A stretch of DNA of 64,000 bases from Takakia lepidozioides (taxonomy: Eukaryota; Plantae; Bryophyta): assembly GCA_030704615.1 (NCBI GenBank), contig CM060731.1:42470001-42534000 (forward strand). Direction: 5' to 3'. The position numbers and the translations under genes are program-made. This document shows, piece by piece, positions 26,603-39,460 of this stretch. Position 1 is the stretch's first letter, and every line of letters begins with the position of its first letter. Below the pieces are notes generated by a model. That model ran no database searches. It had not been told where the DNA came from and saw only the letters and a program-made list of their open reading frames with translations.

Positions 26603-29600
26603 TTGAAACATTATTTTCCACTTCAATGTGCGACTTCCAATCGTCGATGGCCTCCGCAGTTCCAATTACGTGGTGCCTGTGAGCCTTGGTCTATCGCTCG
26701 GAATTCTTACGCTATAGTTTGCTGTCCTCCGCAACTTGGGAGAGCCTGGATCCCAAACAAGGGAGGACTTTGCAGAGTGACTGAAACTTACCTTTGTTCC
26801 AAATTCAAGCTAAAACCGGGCACAGTTTATTTGGAAGAAGAAAGGAAGGATGTTCCTGGACAGGTTGACAAGACCATTGTCGTGCTAGGTAACGACGGAG
26901 GTTGCAGAATCGAGTGGCACATACCCCCATCAGACACCATCTTGTACCGCGCTGTGGGAATGCCCATTCCCTTTCCAAATCAGTCGCTTCCGACACCATC
27001 CACAAAGGAGTCAAAAAACCGACAGGCGGCCACTGCCAACAGAGAGGTATGCAACGATAATCATTCCCGACCTGGACCGTCAAGTCCCTCCATAGCTTCT
27101 CGTGTGGAGGTATTTGACATTTTTGACGAGGAAGATGAGTGCATTGAGGTCCCCATGTCCTCCACAAGGTTGTTCAAATCCGACATGGACGTCTCTGCAG
27201 GTGCTACGCATGTACCCTCGAGCATAACTCCAACCCGCTCCATTGTGCAGCTCCTACGGCAACATCACCTCGATGGTTCTTGCTCCGAGCTGGCTGCTCT
27301 CGACTATGCCAAATTTCCAGTCAGGAAGGTAACGTATCTGCCTCCCAAAGTTGATGGCAATGTCATTTTCGAGTTTCCACCTGTTACTTCGTCAAACAAA
27401 GCCTCAGGGATGTTAACAGACATGGATCAAAAGCATGACGGACACCCCTGGTGTGTGACGAAGACCAATAGCACGAAAATTGATGATGGTGTTCGTGTAT
27501 GATACGTCCTTTGTGCGGGGAAGCTGAGGTGCCTCAATCCCGCCTGCTTCCACTTTATCTCCAAAGTAGGGCGGAGAATTGAGACGGATTGGACAGGCAC
27601 AACCCATCATCCATTCATTGTCTCCAGCCAAGCTCCGGCGGGTACTTTCAAGTGTGCACATTGCAAAGAACCACCGACGTGCATGTCCATGTGCAGAGCC
27701 AAGCAATATTACGTAATCCATTTGCTCCCGGACTTGACTAGAACTTGCATACACGTTGGGGTCCACTACCACCCCTTGGCGAGAGGCAACATCCGGGAGG
27801 CTGTGCAGGAAGCACACGACATCATAAAAGAGGAGGTGAAATTGAGCCCCGGAGCCAGACCAAAGCAGATTCAGCTGAAGGTAGCCCACAAGATTGCTCT
27901 TGGCAAAATCATGTCTGAAGATGGTTCAGACCAAGTGCCCTTGAACGAAGAGGAGATGCTTGACCTGTTGGAGTCCGTCTCGCACGTTTGTAGTCCGAAT
28001 GTACGGAATCACATCGTATCTTGCAAGCAGGAGTTCGGCCGGGGGTCGGACATGCACTCAATCCTGGAGGTGAAACGAAGGATTGGATATGACTACATCC
28101 AAGGTAGCAGGTTTCCAGGGCAAGGAAGCAAATCCGATCGTTGTTACATTTTAAAAATGTCAACGTGTGGGTCTGGGAGTGGAGTCGACTTGGTCACTCG
28201 CATGGCAATTGAAAACTTGTCGAATGCTTGGGTGATGTTTGACCACATCAAGCGAATTACAAACCATCAGTGGGTGACTATGGGTGCGCATGTTTATGAC
28301 TATCACTCCAAGAGGCTCATGACGATTGCAATATGCGAGATGAAAGGGGAGGACACACAGTCGGAGATGCATTTGTGGGAGGGCATAAACGAGCAGAAGG
28401 CACGGGCGAGTTTGCCAGAGCCCAATTTCGGGGGATTCATGGCAAACAACGCTCAGACCAACTGGGCAGCGGTGCGGCGTATGTACGGTGAGGACCCCAA
28501 TGTTCTAATGGAGGGGAAAGAGAGATCCTGTGGATTCCATTGGATGCAGAGTCTATCTCACTACACTACCAAATTTGTTGCTAACTCATTCCAAGCTGAA
28601 CACCATGTCCTTTGTACGGCGTGGAAGGGTGCACCCACATTTGATGACACGGAGATTAAGTTTGTTATTATCGAGGCTTGGTGGAACACGTCAGGTGCTG
28701 TGGAGACAACCAATCTGGGAGCCTTGCACAGCTGGTTGGGGTGGTGGCATTTCCGGTATTGACAGTTTGGACAATACATGCGGGAGGTATGATGCCAGAC
28801 TTATCGTGCAATTGTCGTTCTATTATGGACCTTTCCATTTTTCCCTCACCATTGTTTCTGTCCTTGTAGGAGCGGTGCTTGGATTCCGACACGGACATGC
28901 CGAACATGAATATGGCAGAATCAGTCCACTCCTCCTGGCGAGCGTCTTCTACCGCACATCTGGTGGACGTAGTGATGGCCACAACGGAGGACATCGACAG
29001 AGCAATCATGCAACAAGCCATGTACTACAAGTTCCTGAGCGGGAAACAATGGGGCTTTGGGCCGGACAGGGAGGAATTGTTGGTACGAACAGCTTTGAGG
29101 TCGAAGAATCCACTGAAATGAGCGACAACATTGCGAGAGAAGATCAAATGGACGCCTCTGCACCGCAGAGGTGAACAGCTAGAGGGGGACGTCCGTACTT
29201 GCCATGTGAGGCGGAGGATTGAAGAGGAACCTGGGTGCAAAGAGGATCTGGAGATCCGACAGGAATATTCGGATAGCACCTCGAGGTCCCATCGTGTTGC
29301 CGCACAATGTGTCTTCCAGCAATGGAAGCCCAAGAGTTTCCAGATCGCCATTGCGTTCAAGCGGGGATTCCGTGCGAGAAATTCCCACCACTCGCTTGCC
29401 CCACATTTCACCCGCTGTTATGCAGTATGGCCAAGCCATTGTGGATACGACTGTGTCTGCATCACAGTGGAGAATTGCTCGCACAAAGCTGGCGTTTCGA
29501 GGCAGGTGTTCCGCAATTTGAGTGGATATACGACAACGTTGTTTAGAGATGATAAGGAGGAACCAGATGGGGCTGTCCCTGCTCCTATTTTTACAGGAAG

Positions 29601-30300
29601 ATTTGTCCATGCTGCAAAGTTTTCGGAGGCGACAACTACCCAGTTCTGGTTCTATAGGCATGACATTATGACTTGCGTGTATGGAAAGCCCAAGTACGGC
29701 ATACAAACAATGCCAGAGGCTCCCCCGGTGTGGCCGGTGGAACCAGGATGCAATCTGAGTCAGGTTGAGGCCGACGCCCTTACTACCGCAAGATTTCGGA
29801 TGGTGCAGTGCACTGACGTCCCCAAACAACCATTTCTGCTTCCACAGCCTCCACCACCGACCCCTGTGAGAGCAAGAACAATAGGACGCGACAACTCTAA
29901 GCATCCTACGCACCGTTGGGGGAAACCGAAGAGGCGGCGACCTCCCTCAAAAGTGAATGAGACAAGGATGGGGAATGCACTTCGGGTGAAATGTACAATC
30001 CAGAGCTCGACAGAAGTGCCCCCACCAGGCTTCGGGCGTGTGTATTAGATGGCCACGACAGGCTCAGCTGTTCACAATGAGGTGTACACCATCACCATTT
30101 CAGAATTACCCACCTGCAATTGCACCGACTTCCAGATCATGACGAAGAAGGGGGCATCATATTGCCCTTGCAAGCATCTGTACTACGTGTACCTAAAGAG
30201 ACTCCGGTGTAATTCCACAACTCATCACTTCATACATGCACCAGGGTTGAGCCCCCAAGAGGTGTACACTCTTCTGAATATGGATCCAGGGGACCAGTGA
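26603..30300 (+). pseudogene. Family 1 MULE-like transposase (GCM-like Zn domain, DDE core, SWIM finger), with premature stops
   Basis: Motifs HDGHPW, HVGVHYHP, MFDHIKR, FMANNA (second D lost), CGFHW, NMAESVH and SWIM CNCTDF..CPCKH. In-frame stops at ~27500, 28760, 29119 and 30046. GT-AG intron (~28787-28870) at the same position as in family 2. Confidence 0.85.
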
Positions 30301-31204
30301 GCTTGGCTTGCGGGCCAAAACACAATGTTACGCCCATCCTTTTCGGAGTTTCAGTTATAGTAGAACTGTACTGCTGTAAGTATATCTGACTTTGGCCACA
30401 GAAAGGTTCGACTTATGTCTCTCCTACTAGTAACCTGTTTTGCTCGAACTAAGATAATACTATGTCTTTCACTTCTGTTTCCACGTGCATGTATTTTTGT
30501 TTGTTGGAGGGTTCCTGTTTTTTCAGCTCTCCCAAACTTTGCTTCTCTCATTCCATCCCCGGCAAGGAAATGTGACGCCGCATTTCCAAGTAACGTCGTA
30601 GGTACTGGTAGTTGCGGCCTTCGTCATAGCAAAATAGTCGCACCCGGTCTTCAGGGAGCCGACCATCGCCAAGAGCAAACCCCCCAGAAAATTTGCATGT
30701 GCGAACCGTAATGCGACACTGCATTTCCCAGTTGACTCGCAAACCTTTCCCGCCGAATACCCGAAGATGACAGAATTGTGAAGTACTGCAGATTCTATTG
30801 GTGCAGACTCTATTGGTTCAATCGCGGCAGAAGGGTCAGCTTCATTTCAATGTTAAGGCATGTAAAACCGCGGAATATTCTATACAGGCCAGTATGCGAC
30901 GTCCTTTTGTCGTGATATACTGGATTTCTCGTTGCACAGTCACTCATTTCCATGAGCGGATCTAAAACACCATGAGCGGGGTTGTTACTGACGACATATC
31001 TTCGCCGCATTACAGGATCTGGAACTTCCAAAAACGGCAAGGTCAAATTTAAAAAACTATTATTTTAATATATTTTTCATCTGCCGCATTTCCAAATTTG
31101 GAGGAGTCCGCTCATGAAAACCGCGTATCTTAGACTTCCGCTCACCGCTCACGCGGCTCATGCCGCTCATGGCTCATGGTTTTTGCTCATGAAATAGTAA
31201 ACCT

Positions 31205-32250
31205 CTATGTCAGGCTTAAGCTTAGGATAAGGAAGGGTAAGGGTTTAGGGTTTGGATTTAGGGTAGAAAGGGACAAACAAATATGGAAGACTCACACATG
31301 ATAGTACAATAACTTGATTTGGAGTGTAAGTAGGGTAGTACACAAACCTGGTTTTTAGTATATGGTAAGAGTACTAATGGTTTAGGGTCGTAAACTTGTT
31401 AGGCTTAAGTTTAGGGTAAGGATTAAGGCCAGGGTAAAGGGAAGGGTAAGGGTTTAAGGTTTGGATTTAGGGTAGAAAGGGACAAACAAATATGTCACAC
31501 ATGGTAGTACAATAACTTGGTTTGGAGTGTAAGTAGGATAGTAAACTAACCTGGTTTTTGGTATATGGTAAGAGTACTAATGGTTTAGGGTAGTAAGTGT
31601 TAGGCTTAAGCTTAGGGTAAGGATTAAGGCCGGGGTAAAGGAAGGGTAAGGGTTAAGGGTTTGGATTTATGGTAGTACACAAAGGTTTTTGGTATATGGT
31701 AAGAGTAATGGTTTAGGGTACTAAGGGTGTGGCTTAAGCCTATGGAAGGGTTAAGGGAAGGGTAAAGTGAAGGATAAGGGTTTAGGGGTGATGGTAAAGG
31801 TATAAATGGACAAACAAATATGGAAGACTCGCACTCACTAGAACTTGGTGTGTATAATTATGGTAAAAAAATGAAAATAAAAATGTGGTAAAAATGGAGA
31901 AACAAATATTATGGAAGAGTCATTGAGACGGACAAGTATTTAAATTATCGACTCGTCGTTGGAACCTGGTCTTAAGATACATAGAAAACACACTAGTATA
32001 TAAATTTGGTACATGCATGTGAATCCAAAACAAACGAGAAAAGTAGTGCAAAAAGGAAGGGAGAAGAGATTTGAATTACCATAAGGTCCATAACCATTAT
32101 TGGTTATGGTACATTGGATAGTACAATCCTATTTGCAAAAGGAATGGTAAGGGTTTAGGGATAAATGCTTAAGGGTCTTTTAGGGTAAAGGGTTAGGGTA
32201 AAGGGTTTTACTAGGATAAGGGTTTACTAAGGTAGGGATTTTGGTTTAAG
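31205..32250 (+). repeat. Degenerate telomere-like (TTTAGGG/TAAGGG-rich) repeat in ~190-200-bp tandem units
   Basis: aggcttaag..taagggtttagggtttggatttagggtagaaagggacaaacaaatatg-type blocks recur at ~31212, 31401, 31602 and 31730. Confidence 0.75.
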
Positions 32251-32949
32251 TTAGAAATGGACAAACAAACATGGAAGACCGTTTGTCGCTAGACATAAAC
32301 TCGCTTAGAGGTTCAGGAAAAAGAGGAGAACATGAGAGGTATAAGTTAAGAAGTGGCAAATAGAAAAGTATGGCAATAATGATAGGGTAAGGGTCCTCTT
32401 GGGATACCTCAGTTGGAGACTTGGCTTGAGTCAAGTGCAAGCACTGATAGACGGACTAGAATTGGCACAATGACGAGACATTGGAAAAAAACATTTAAAC
32501 CGGATTGGAAAAGAAAGATTCCAGGGGTTGTGCCAGCATTTTTTTTTGCGGGGTGCACTGTCTGTTTTATAAGCCAGAATCCCCCACACGAATATTTGTA
32601 GATGAACAGATTGTATAGCAGAGCAGAGTCCAGCACGTCAAAATAAATAAATAAATAAATAAATAAAAATCCATTGCCCACTCGAGGTTCACTGCGACAG
32701 AAAAAGAAAACAGGAAGGATCCCCCAACGCAAACATGAAGGGAAAAGAACATAAAGAATTTTTCTTTATCTTAAAAACGAATGACCGGAAATGACCTCAA
32801 CATTTAGTGCATGGACAGAAAGTGGTTCGCAAGAAAGCAACCTTCAGGTATCTGGCTGAAGGTTAGCCTCCTCCAAATTTGGGCGCGCATTCACTGCTTC
32901 CACCGCTGTAATTCTCTTAGTGCTATTTCTTGTTGTATTTTTTTGTGGA

Positions 32950-33765
32950 AACATTGTCTACACAACATTGTTCACGTGGATCCATTGAGCAAGATCTGAT
33001 GGGTTGTACTCCCAAACTTTTGACCAACAGTCCCTGTACCTCTCAAAGTCTGAGGGTTACCTCCTTTCTTCGGTCTCCACCACTCCACCTTCACTTTCTT
33101 AAAATTAGGATCTTCCCTTTCTCGGATGATATCTGAAATTGCCATTCCCATCTAGACCAGGCACGTCGTTGGGTCATGAGGGCGAACGAACACAAAAAAC
33201 CCTTGATCAAGTCCTTCAACATCTTGCATTCTGTGCACTTAGCAAAGGTGCTTCCGGTTTTCCAAACCTTCACGTTAGGAAATATTCGATTTCGTATACG
33301 GCTTACAACTGGCTGCGAGACTCCTTTCAAACCGAGAAGTCTATTCGTCTGCACCCAACTCCCCAATAATGTCAACGTCCACTGGGCAATGGAGGTTCTA
33401 CAAAGTGGAAGAACAAGAAAGCATGATGGCATCAACAAGAATAAAATCAGCCACAGTATTGTGAAAAAAGAAAAGGGGACAATGAATAAAAGTCACCTCG
33501 TTGGACTCCTCTCAAATTCTCTTCCAGTTCATTTCGGGTGGCAAAATTCTCAAAATATCCCGACGTCCCTCACCAATGCAACGTGTTTTGTGAGGCATAA
33601 GGTCAGTATTGGCATTGATAATGGACGTAATGTTCTCCTCTGCCTGGAGTGTCCCTGGTCAAGGCCACTTGACGCCACGATTTCCGTGGAAAGATGACAA
33701 ACAACCCTCTTTACTGAGCTTTTTGTACTCAATGTATGTTGACCTTCCAATTCCGTATATGGGGG
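32950..33765 (-). pseudogene. Remnant of a Cys-cluster transposase-like gene (resembles DUF7869-type TE proteins)
   Basis: Minus-strand peptides FHGNRGVK..TLQAEENITSIINANTDLMPHK and IFPNVKVWKTGSTFAKCTECK, with stops and an apparent internal deletion. Family assignment is from memory only. Confidence 0.4.
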
Positions 33766-34264
33766 CTGCTATTTCATGAGCCATGAGCCATGAGCAGAGT
33801 CGTAAGTGTCGAAAAAAACATGAGCAAGACTATTTTCCGGAAATGAGTATCCGCGGGAATAGGGTTCAAGGTGTCATGGTCATAGGGGGAGAAGGACCTC
33901 CCGATGAAAGAGGTTCGGCAATGTTTTTTAGAATTACATATTGAAAGACAATGTTTTGCGAATGGTAGGGTGGTACTGCTCTGTACAATGGGGGCCCATT
34001 TCAGCCTACCAGCCACTTGCAAAATCCACCCACACTCTCAATCCCAAACGAAATGAGGAATGATGCATTCTGGGAACGATGGATACAGAATAGAACAAAA
34101 AGAGGGAACAATGAGGTTTTTATTGATCCACATGAATTGCATTTGAAGCACGTCTACTATGCTAATGGTGCAAACAAATCCTTAGCCCTGTGCCTTCTGA
34201 ATACAAGTCACGTTGTCAATGGGACTTCGACTGCTCTGAAAACTAGCTCATGAGCCATCGGGCT

Positions 34265-35059
34265 CCTCCAGGTAAACTGCATTTGTAGACCAAGTGGAGT
34301 AGTGACCTGATGCAGCTTGTGACTCAATATCAGCACCTCTTCCTACCATGTCAACCTGTCCACTTTACGTCTGCCTCTATTGACACCTTCATTAGGATGT
34401 CGTTTCATAGCCTCATTAAGAGCCCTGTTCGTAGATAGAAAATCAGGATGTTTTTTCATACAAATTTAGGTTTAGTGATCCGAGTTTGGATCGTCCGTTG
34501 CTCTTGAGCTGCCTTAAGCAGACGGTTGAATGAGTGATACATGTTCATGACACTAGCAGTAGGGTACCGGTTACCGGCTCTATCTTTACACAACGTCAAA
34601 AAAAACTTTGAAAGCATCTCAGCAAAGTCGTTTAGAGGCAGGTCCTCAATCTTGACGGTAACATCCAATTTCATATAAGCACGCCACAAATTAAATTTCT
34701 TGACAACCTAGGATTCGTTAATCTTAGCGCTAGGGCAAACAAAATCATTGACAATGCTCTTATAGTCCTCTTCATCAATTGGTAAAAACTTAGCACTAGC
34801 TGGAATTCTCATTAGCCCGAATAAAAGTCTTTTCAATTTGAGGCGACGCATTATCATTGAACAACGCTTCTACGACAGAAGCTGAATCAGACAGTTCAAG
34901 AAAATCAAGAATAAGACCCTCTTCACCAGGAGTAACATGACCATGAACAGTTGAGTGCAAATTCACATTCGCATTCTCAACATCAACAGCAACAGGTGGT
35001 ACAGATGCGTTTCTGTCATCCAAACAATTTTCCACACCAATTGTAGTATTGCACAACAA
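34265..35059 (-). pseudogene. Crypton-like tyrosine recombinase (DUF3504/ZMYM-QRICH1-type) N-terminal remnant
   Basis: LSKFFLTLCKDRAGNRYPTASVMNMYHSFNRLL continues through stops into HPDFLSTNRALNEAMK..EGVNRG..LTW*EEVLIL..TTPLGLQ, matching the DUF3504-associated pattern. The catalytic C-terminal part is absent. Confidence 0.6.
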
Positions 35060-35064
35060 AAGTA

Positions 35065-35792
35065 CCCGTGGGGTCGCTTCAAGTCCCTAAACAATAACCC
35101 GACACTGTTGATAGCGACCCCTAGGCCGTCGTTGTCAGACTTTTTTGTCCATATTTTTGGGGGTGCTATCAGCGCCTCCCTGGGGTCGGTACATGTCCCT
35201 ACGCTAATTACCCGACGCTGTTTAACAGCGCCCCCGAGGGAGACTGTTGCTGTGTGTGTGTGTGTGTTTTTTTTTTAATAAATTTATGTTTGTGTGGGAT
35301 GCTACCAGCGACTCCCTAGGCGTCGGTTCGAGCTCCCAAATATATATTGGGGTGTGCGTAGCGACTGCTTAGGGGTCGTAGTCAGTTGTTTAGTTATTTG
35401 TTAATAAACGACTATAGAGAAGTCGGTAGGATACCGTCCATTCAGGGGTCGGTTACGGTTTCCTGCTAAAAAATCAGACTTTAAATTGAAATTAAATAAT
35501 TAAAAATCAAAATCAGAACTTTAATAATCAAATTTCCTTGTTAAAGCGACGCCCGTGACGACGGTAGACAGTGTTAAAAATATATTTGGTTGGCCCGAAG
35601 GTCGTTTGGGGGGAAAAACCCTAATCCGATCCCCAGAGGGGTCGGATGGAGACCGTCGGCAGCGAGGTTGCAGGAAGAAACCGACGGAAAATCAACCCCG
35701 CGGTATTAGCGACGCCAAGGGGGTCGGTCCCAATGACTTAGTCATTTTGGGATCCTCATTTTGCTGGGATTTCAGTATAGCGACCCCTCATC
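35065..35792. repeat. Dispersed imperfect palindromes A(G/C)CGAC-N9-GTCG(G/C)T, about a dozen copies
   Basis: Examples: agcgactccctaggcgtcggt (~35307), tagcgactgcttaggggtcgta (~35359), tccgatccccagaggggtcgga (~35625), tagcgacgccaagggggtcggt (~35707). Confidence 0.7.
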
Positions 35793-35869
35793 ACTTCTGT
35801 TTTTTTTGTTTTTTTTTTCCTTCTGTTTTTTGAAAAATACGGGAAAAAAAAAAAAAAAAAAAAAAAACA

Positions 35870-36375
35870 GAAGTGATGATCGGTGTCGATCATCACTTAC
35901 AGTGCTTCAAGATTTTGCAGAGTATTTTTCATTTTGGCGAGAAATGTGGTTCACATTGTTTTGCTTTCGTGTTTGAGTCCTGCATCTTTCCCCCCTTGCA
36001 AAGTTAGTTGTCCATTAAAACATGATCTTAGGGCTGGAAAGAAGTGATGATTGGCACCGAAACTGAAATCTTCATGAAAATGTAATGATCGGCGGCGATC
36101 TTCACATTTAGACCTTCTTTAGGGTGATACTTGTGAGGTAGTAGAATTCCCATCAGCTGTCACTCTCTGTAGGGAATGTGATGATCGCCGCCGATCATCA
36201 CATTCTCATGTTCTGTGAATTGACATGTTGGGAATTGCATTGGGTTTGCGAGTTTGCAGGTACACAAAATATGTACTCATGGAGGGAAAACACTTGAGCG
36301 GTGTCTCTGATTATCTCTACATGTGGTCAGATCCTGACATGTGCCCGGATCTCCACATGTGGTCGGATCTTCGCT
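35870..36375 (+). pseudogene. Family 3 fragment of the ParB-MTase gene: palindrome-bearing intron plus start of the YxKYVL exon
   Basis: ttgcag|gtacacaaaatatg encodes YTKYVLMEGKHLSGVSDYLYMWSDP versus family 2 YTKYVLMEGNHLSGIPDYLDMWSDP. Upstream palindromes TGATGATCG-N4-CGATCATCA at 35874 and 36179. Confidence 0.8.
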
Positions 36376-36769
36376 TGGGATCACAAACCAATTCCGTATT
36401 CGACAACCCCCTGCCCAGTTTTTGCTTCTTGTGTATGCAGAAGAAATGGCACTTCACATGTCCGAGGCTCCATCATCTGATCCCAAAATGTCTGCACGCG
36501 GGAGTAGACATCCTAGATCCAAAGTTATGAACTTGGATGCAGAGGATGCGGGGATATTATGTACTCTTTCTTCATCCTCATAAAAGTATTTTGACTTGTT
36601 GCGACTGTTCATTTGTCCCAAGTACGAACGGAATGACTAATTACAAAACACACATTCACGGGTTGACATGGCCCCACATGATATTGAAAGACAGGAAATC
36701 CAACAAAGTTTGAAATTGCTTTCAGGGAAAAAAAACTACATCAATCCATCGCACTGTTCGCACTCATTC

Positions 36770-36902
36770 CCCTTACATTCATCCATTCTACATTCATCCA
36801 TCTTGCATTCATGAATCTTTCACATTGTTCGCACTCATCCATGTTATATTCCTCCATGCTACATTCATCCATCCTGCATTCATCCATCCTACATTCATCC
36901 AA
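36770..36902 (+). repeat. CATTCATCC-type short tandem repeats (inverted counterpart at ~40165-40410)
   Basis: Repeated tacattcatccatcc here and ggatgaatg at 40.2-40.4 kb. Confidence 0.65.
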
Positions 36903-37139
36903 TCGATCGGCTAGATGTTAAAGATGTAGTCTGCAATGACTGGAAAGGGTAAAACATTCCGCGGAAATAGGCACCTACCTTCTGTCCGCGGTTATAGGTC
37001 CGTGTCTTTGGAAATAACGTGGCGTCAACCACGCTGGCGAGGACTGCTGACGTGTCGTGACACCCGTGAACCAACGTGACAACAACTGCTAACGTGGCGT
37101 GAGCCTGACTGCGCTCACGTGCTTACGCGGCCAGGCTCA

Positions 37140-39460
37140 CGTGGAGGCATCCCCCCCCCCACATGCATACCCGAATTTGAAGGCAAAACTCCCTCCCCCG
37201 AGAGTGGGACTAGGGAAATTCACAACAGGCAGCACACTAGGACTCAAGTTAGTAACCTGGGCCGGAATACTGCTCACAATAGCCCGATTGTCCGAGACCA
37301 ACCCGATCCTACCTTGTTCATGACCAGATCGCACCATGGGCTCACTACCTTGAGCCACCATGGCTTCACTAATCTGAGTAGGAAAAATTGCGGGGTTTGC
37401 CACCCCAGATTCCATGGGCAAAACAACAGAGCCCTCCTCTCCTATTTTCAAGATACCACCATCATGCAATAGTCCTAAATCTTCCTCAAAATTACCAGTG
37501 TCCAAGGAAACCTCATCAATCAAGGCATTACATGCCTGGAGGTTGTCCGATTCCCCACTTACATCAGGCATGCCTCTGCCAGGCGCCCTAGTGACTCTCG
37601 TGAACCAGCCATGAATTTTTGTCTACCAGATCGCAACCAAGAACTTGCAGATGTGTTTGGCATGCAAAAATAAAGACAATCGTGGAAAAGAAAGAACCTC
37701 TAAGCCGCCAGGATGAGCAGCTACGGCCTTGGGCTTGGTACCCGTGGAGTCTCGGGAGTCCAGATAGAGCAAGAAAGAAGCTTGAGCAGGTCGTGAGAAC
37801 TGGAACCATAAACTGCCAACGCCAGCCATTCCCACACCCTCTCGTTCTTAATCCAAAAGCCCACCCGCGTCGTGTCGTTCTCCTCCTACGTCCAGGAATG
37901 TACTGAGGAATTGGGGAAACTATGCAGGTGATCCGCAATGCAAGGGCAAAGTACACATTGCTCTTCAAAGCAGGTGTCCGGCAAAATCAGGATATCTGAC
38001 GACTGTACATGCAAACTATTTCCCAAGAGACCATCCACCAAATCAACTGTCGTGGGTTTGCAACGGCACACCCGGGAGTGAAATCAAAGAGCTCGTAACA
38101 ACAAGGCTCCAGAGCCTTCAAGCAACAGTAATTACCAAGAACCTTCTGTCTGTTTGGTCGTCTGCCACAGGCCCGACTCACGGCGGATAGACAATGGCAA
38201 ATGTAAACCAAGCGCTTCCCAGGCCACCTACCGATGATGAGGAAGACGAGCTTTGAATATTTCTGGTCGTAAGCGTAGGGAATTCCTGACAGCCATAATG
38301 GCTCGGGTTTGGCACAGCGCACTCTCTCTCCCAAAATCAGAACTTGCCCCTGGTCGTACAAAAATCGCGTCGTGATGACTATTCAAACGACGAGCATCCT
38401 CTCGAACAGATGCTTCAAACTTCTCAAACCAGTGCGCATCCTCCGGAAGCAACTGCCCTAGAGACTCATCATATTCCTGAGAGCGCTCAACATCTCTCTC
38501 AAACTCCCTCTCTCATTCTCTCGGACAATTGTAATCAGGACCAGGATCGTAAAAAAATTCAAAGTTATAGTACTCTGGATTGCAACTATCTAGAGAGCTG
38601 GGCAACCTCTCATCTCTCGGTGACTAGGCCTCGGCCTCATTCACACCAACATCATAACTAGGGCTAGATGTCTTCAAATGCACGACAAGACCAGGACCAT
38701 CAGTGTTGGGTTCAGGCAGGGGTGACACTGACGAGGCAACAATGCCAAGGAGCGCACGATGAGAGGGGTTAGTGGCAGCAAGATTAGTTGTTAGTGTCAA
38801 GGCGGGGTCAATCTCAATCTCAAAAACCAAATCAACTTGCACTGACAGACTCTCTCCCTCTCTGCGTGCTACACAACTAATACTACGCACTGAGGCCATC
38901 CTCCTGCAACACAACACAATGAGCAGGGTGAGAAAGCAAATACGAAACAGCAGGAGAAAACATCGCAAGGTGGCTGGCCGCCATCAGACAAGACTGATTA
39001 GAGAGCAACTATGAAAATATTAGCGCGAAGATCTCTCAACAACCTAATAATGCTGTCAGAGCGGGCAGTAGATGCTAAAACACCTAGACGCTACCCGACT
39101 TCTCTCCACCACAAAACGAGCCTGAAGCATATACTCCCTTCCTCTCAATAAACAAGTTTTCACAACAAAGGGGCAAGCGGAAAGAGCAGGCGATGCGCGA
39201 GAGGAGGATCAAACACGAGGATTTGACACACAAGAGCTCTCATCCAAAGCTTGTACACCAAAATCACATATACACTAACACCCGAGTACACCGCCCTGAC
39301 CTTGTGTCAGGGCGCCGTCTTTATACAAAAGCCCTAGCTTTAGTTGTCCGCCGCGTGGCGAGGCGTCACAAGCCGAAACCCACGGCGCCTCTTTGTTACC
39401 CTAGATCTGATGAAGGGCCAGGATGTGGCCACCAGCCAAAACTAACCCTAACCTAGATAC
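37140..39460 (-). mobile_element. Degenerate L1-type LINE 5' portion (ORF1-like); no endonuclease or RT visible
   Basis: Fragments LVFLIIGRWPG and LFDFTPG..P..IWW (DUF4283-like), a decayed Cys/His knuckle (CF..C....H) and a low-complexity tail. Many frameshifts. Confidence 0.4.

Larger units (their letters stand above)
21807..31197. mobile_element. Family 1 Mutator-like element (divergent ParB-like gene, palindrome array, transposase); right end approximate
   Basis: Same head-to-head two-gene layout as the element at 53.4-64 kb. GCTCA(C/T)G-rich terminal repeats end at ...gctcatgaaatag near 31197. Confidence 0.7.
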
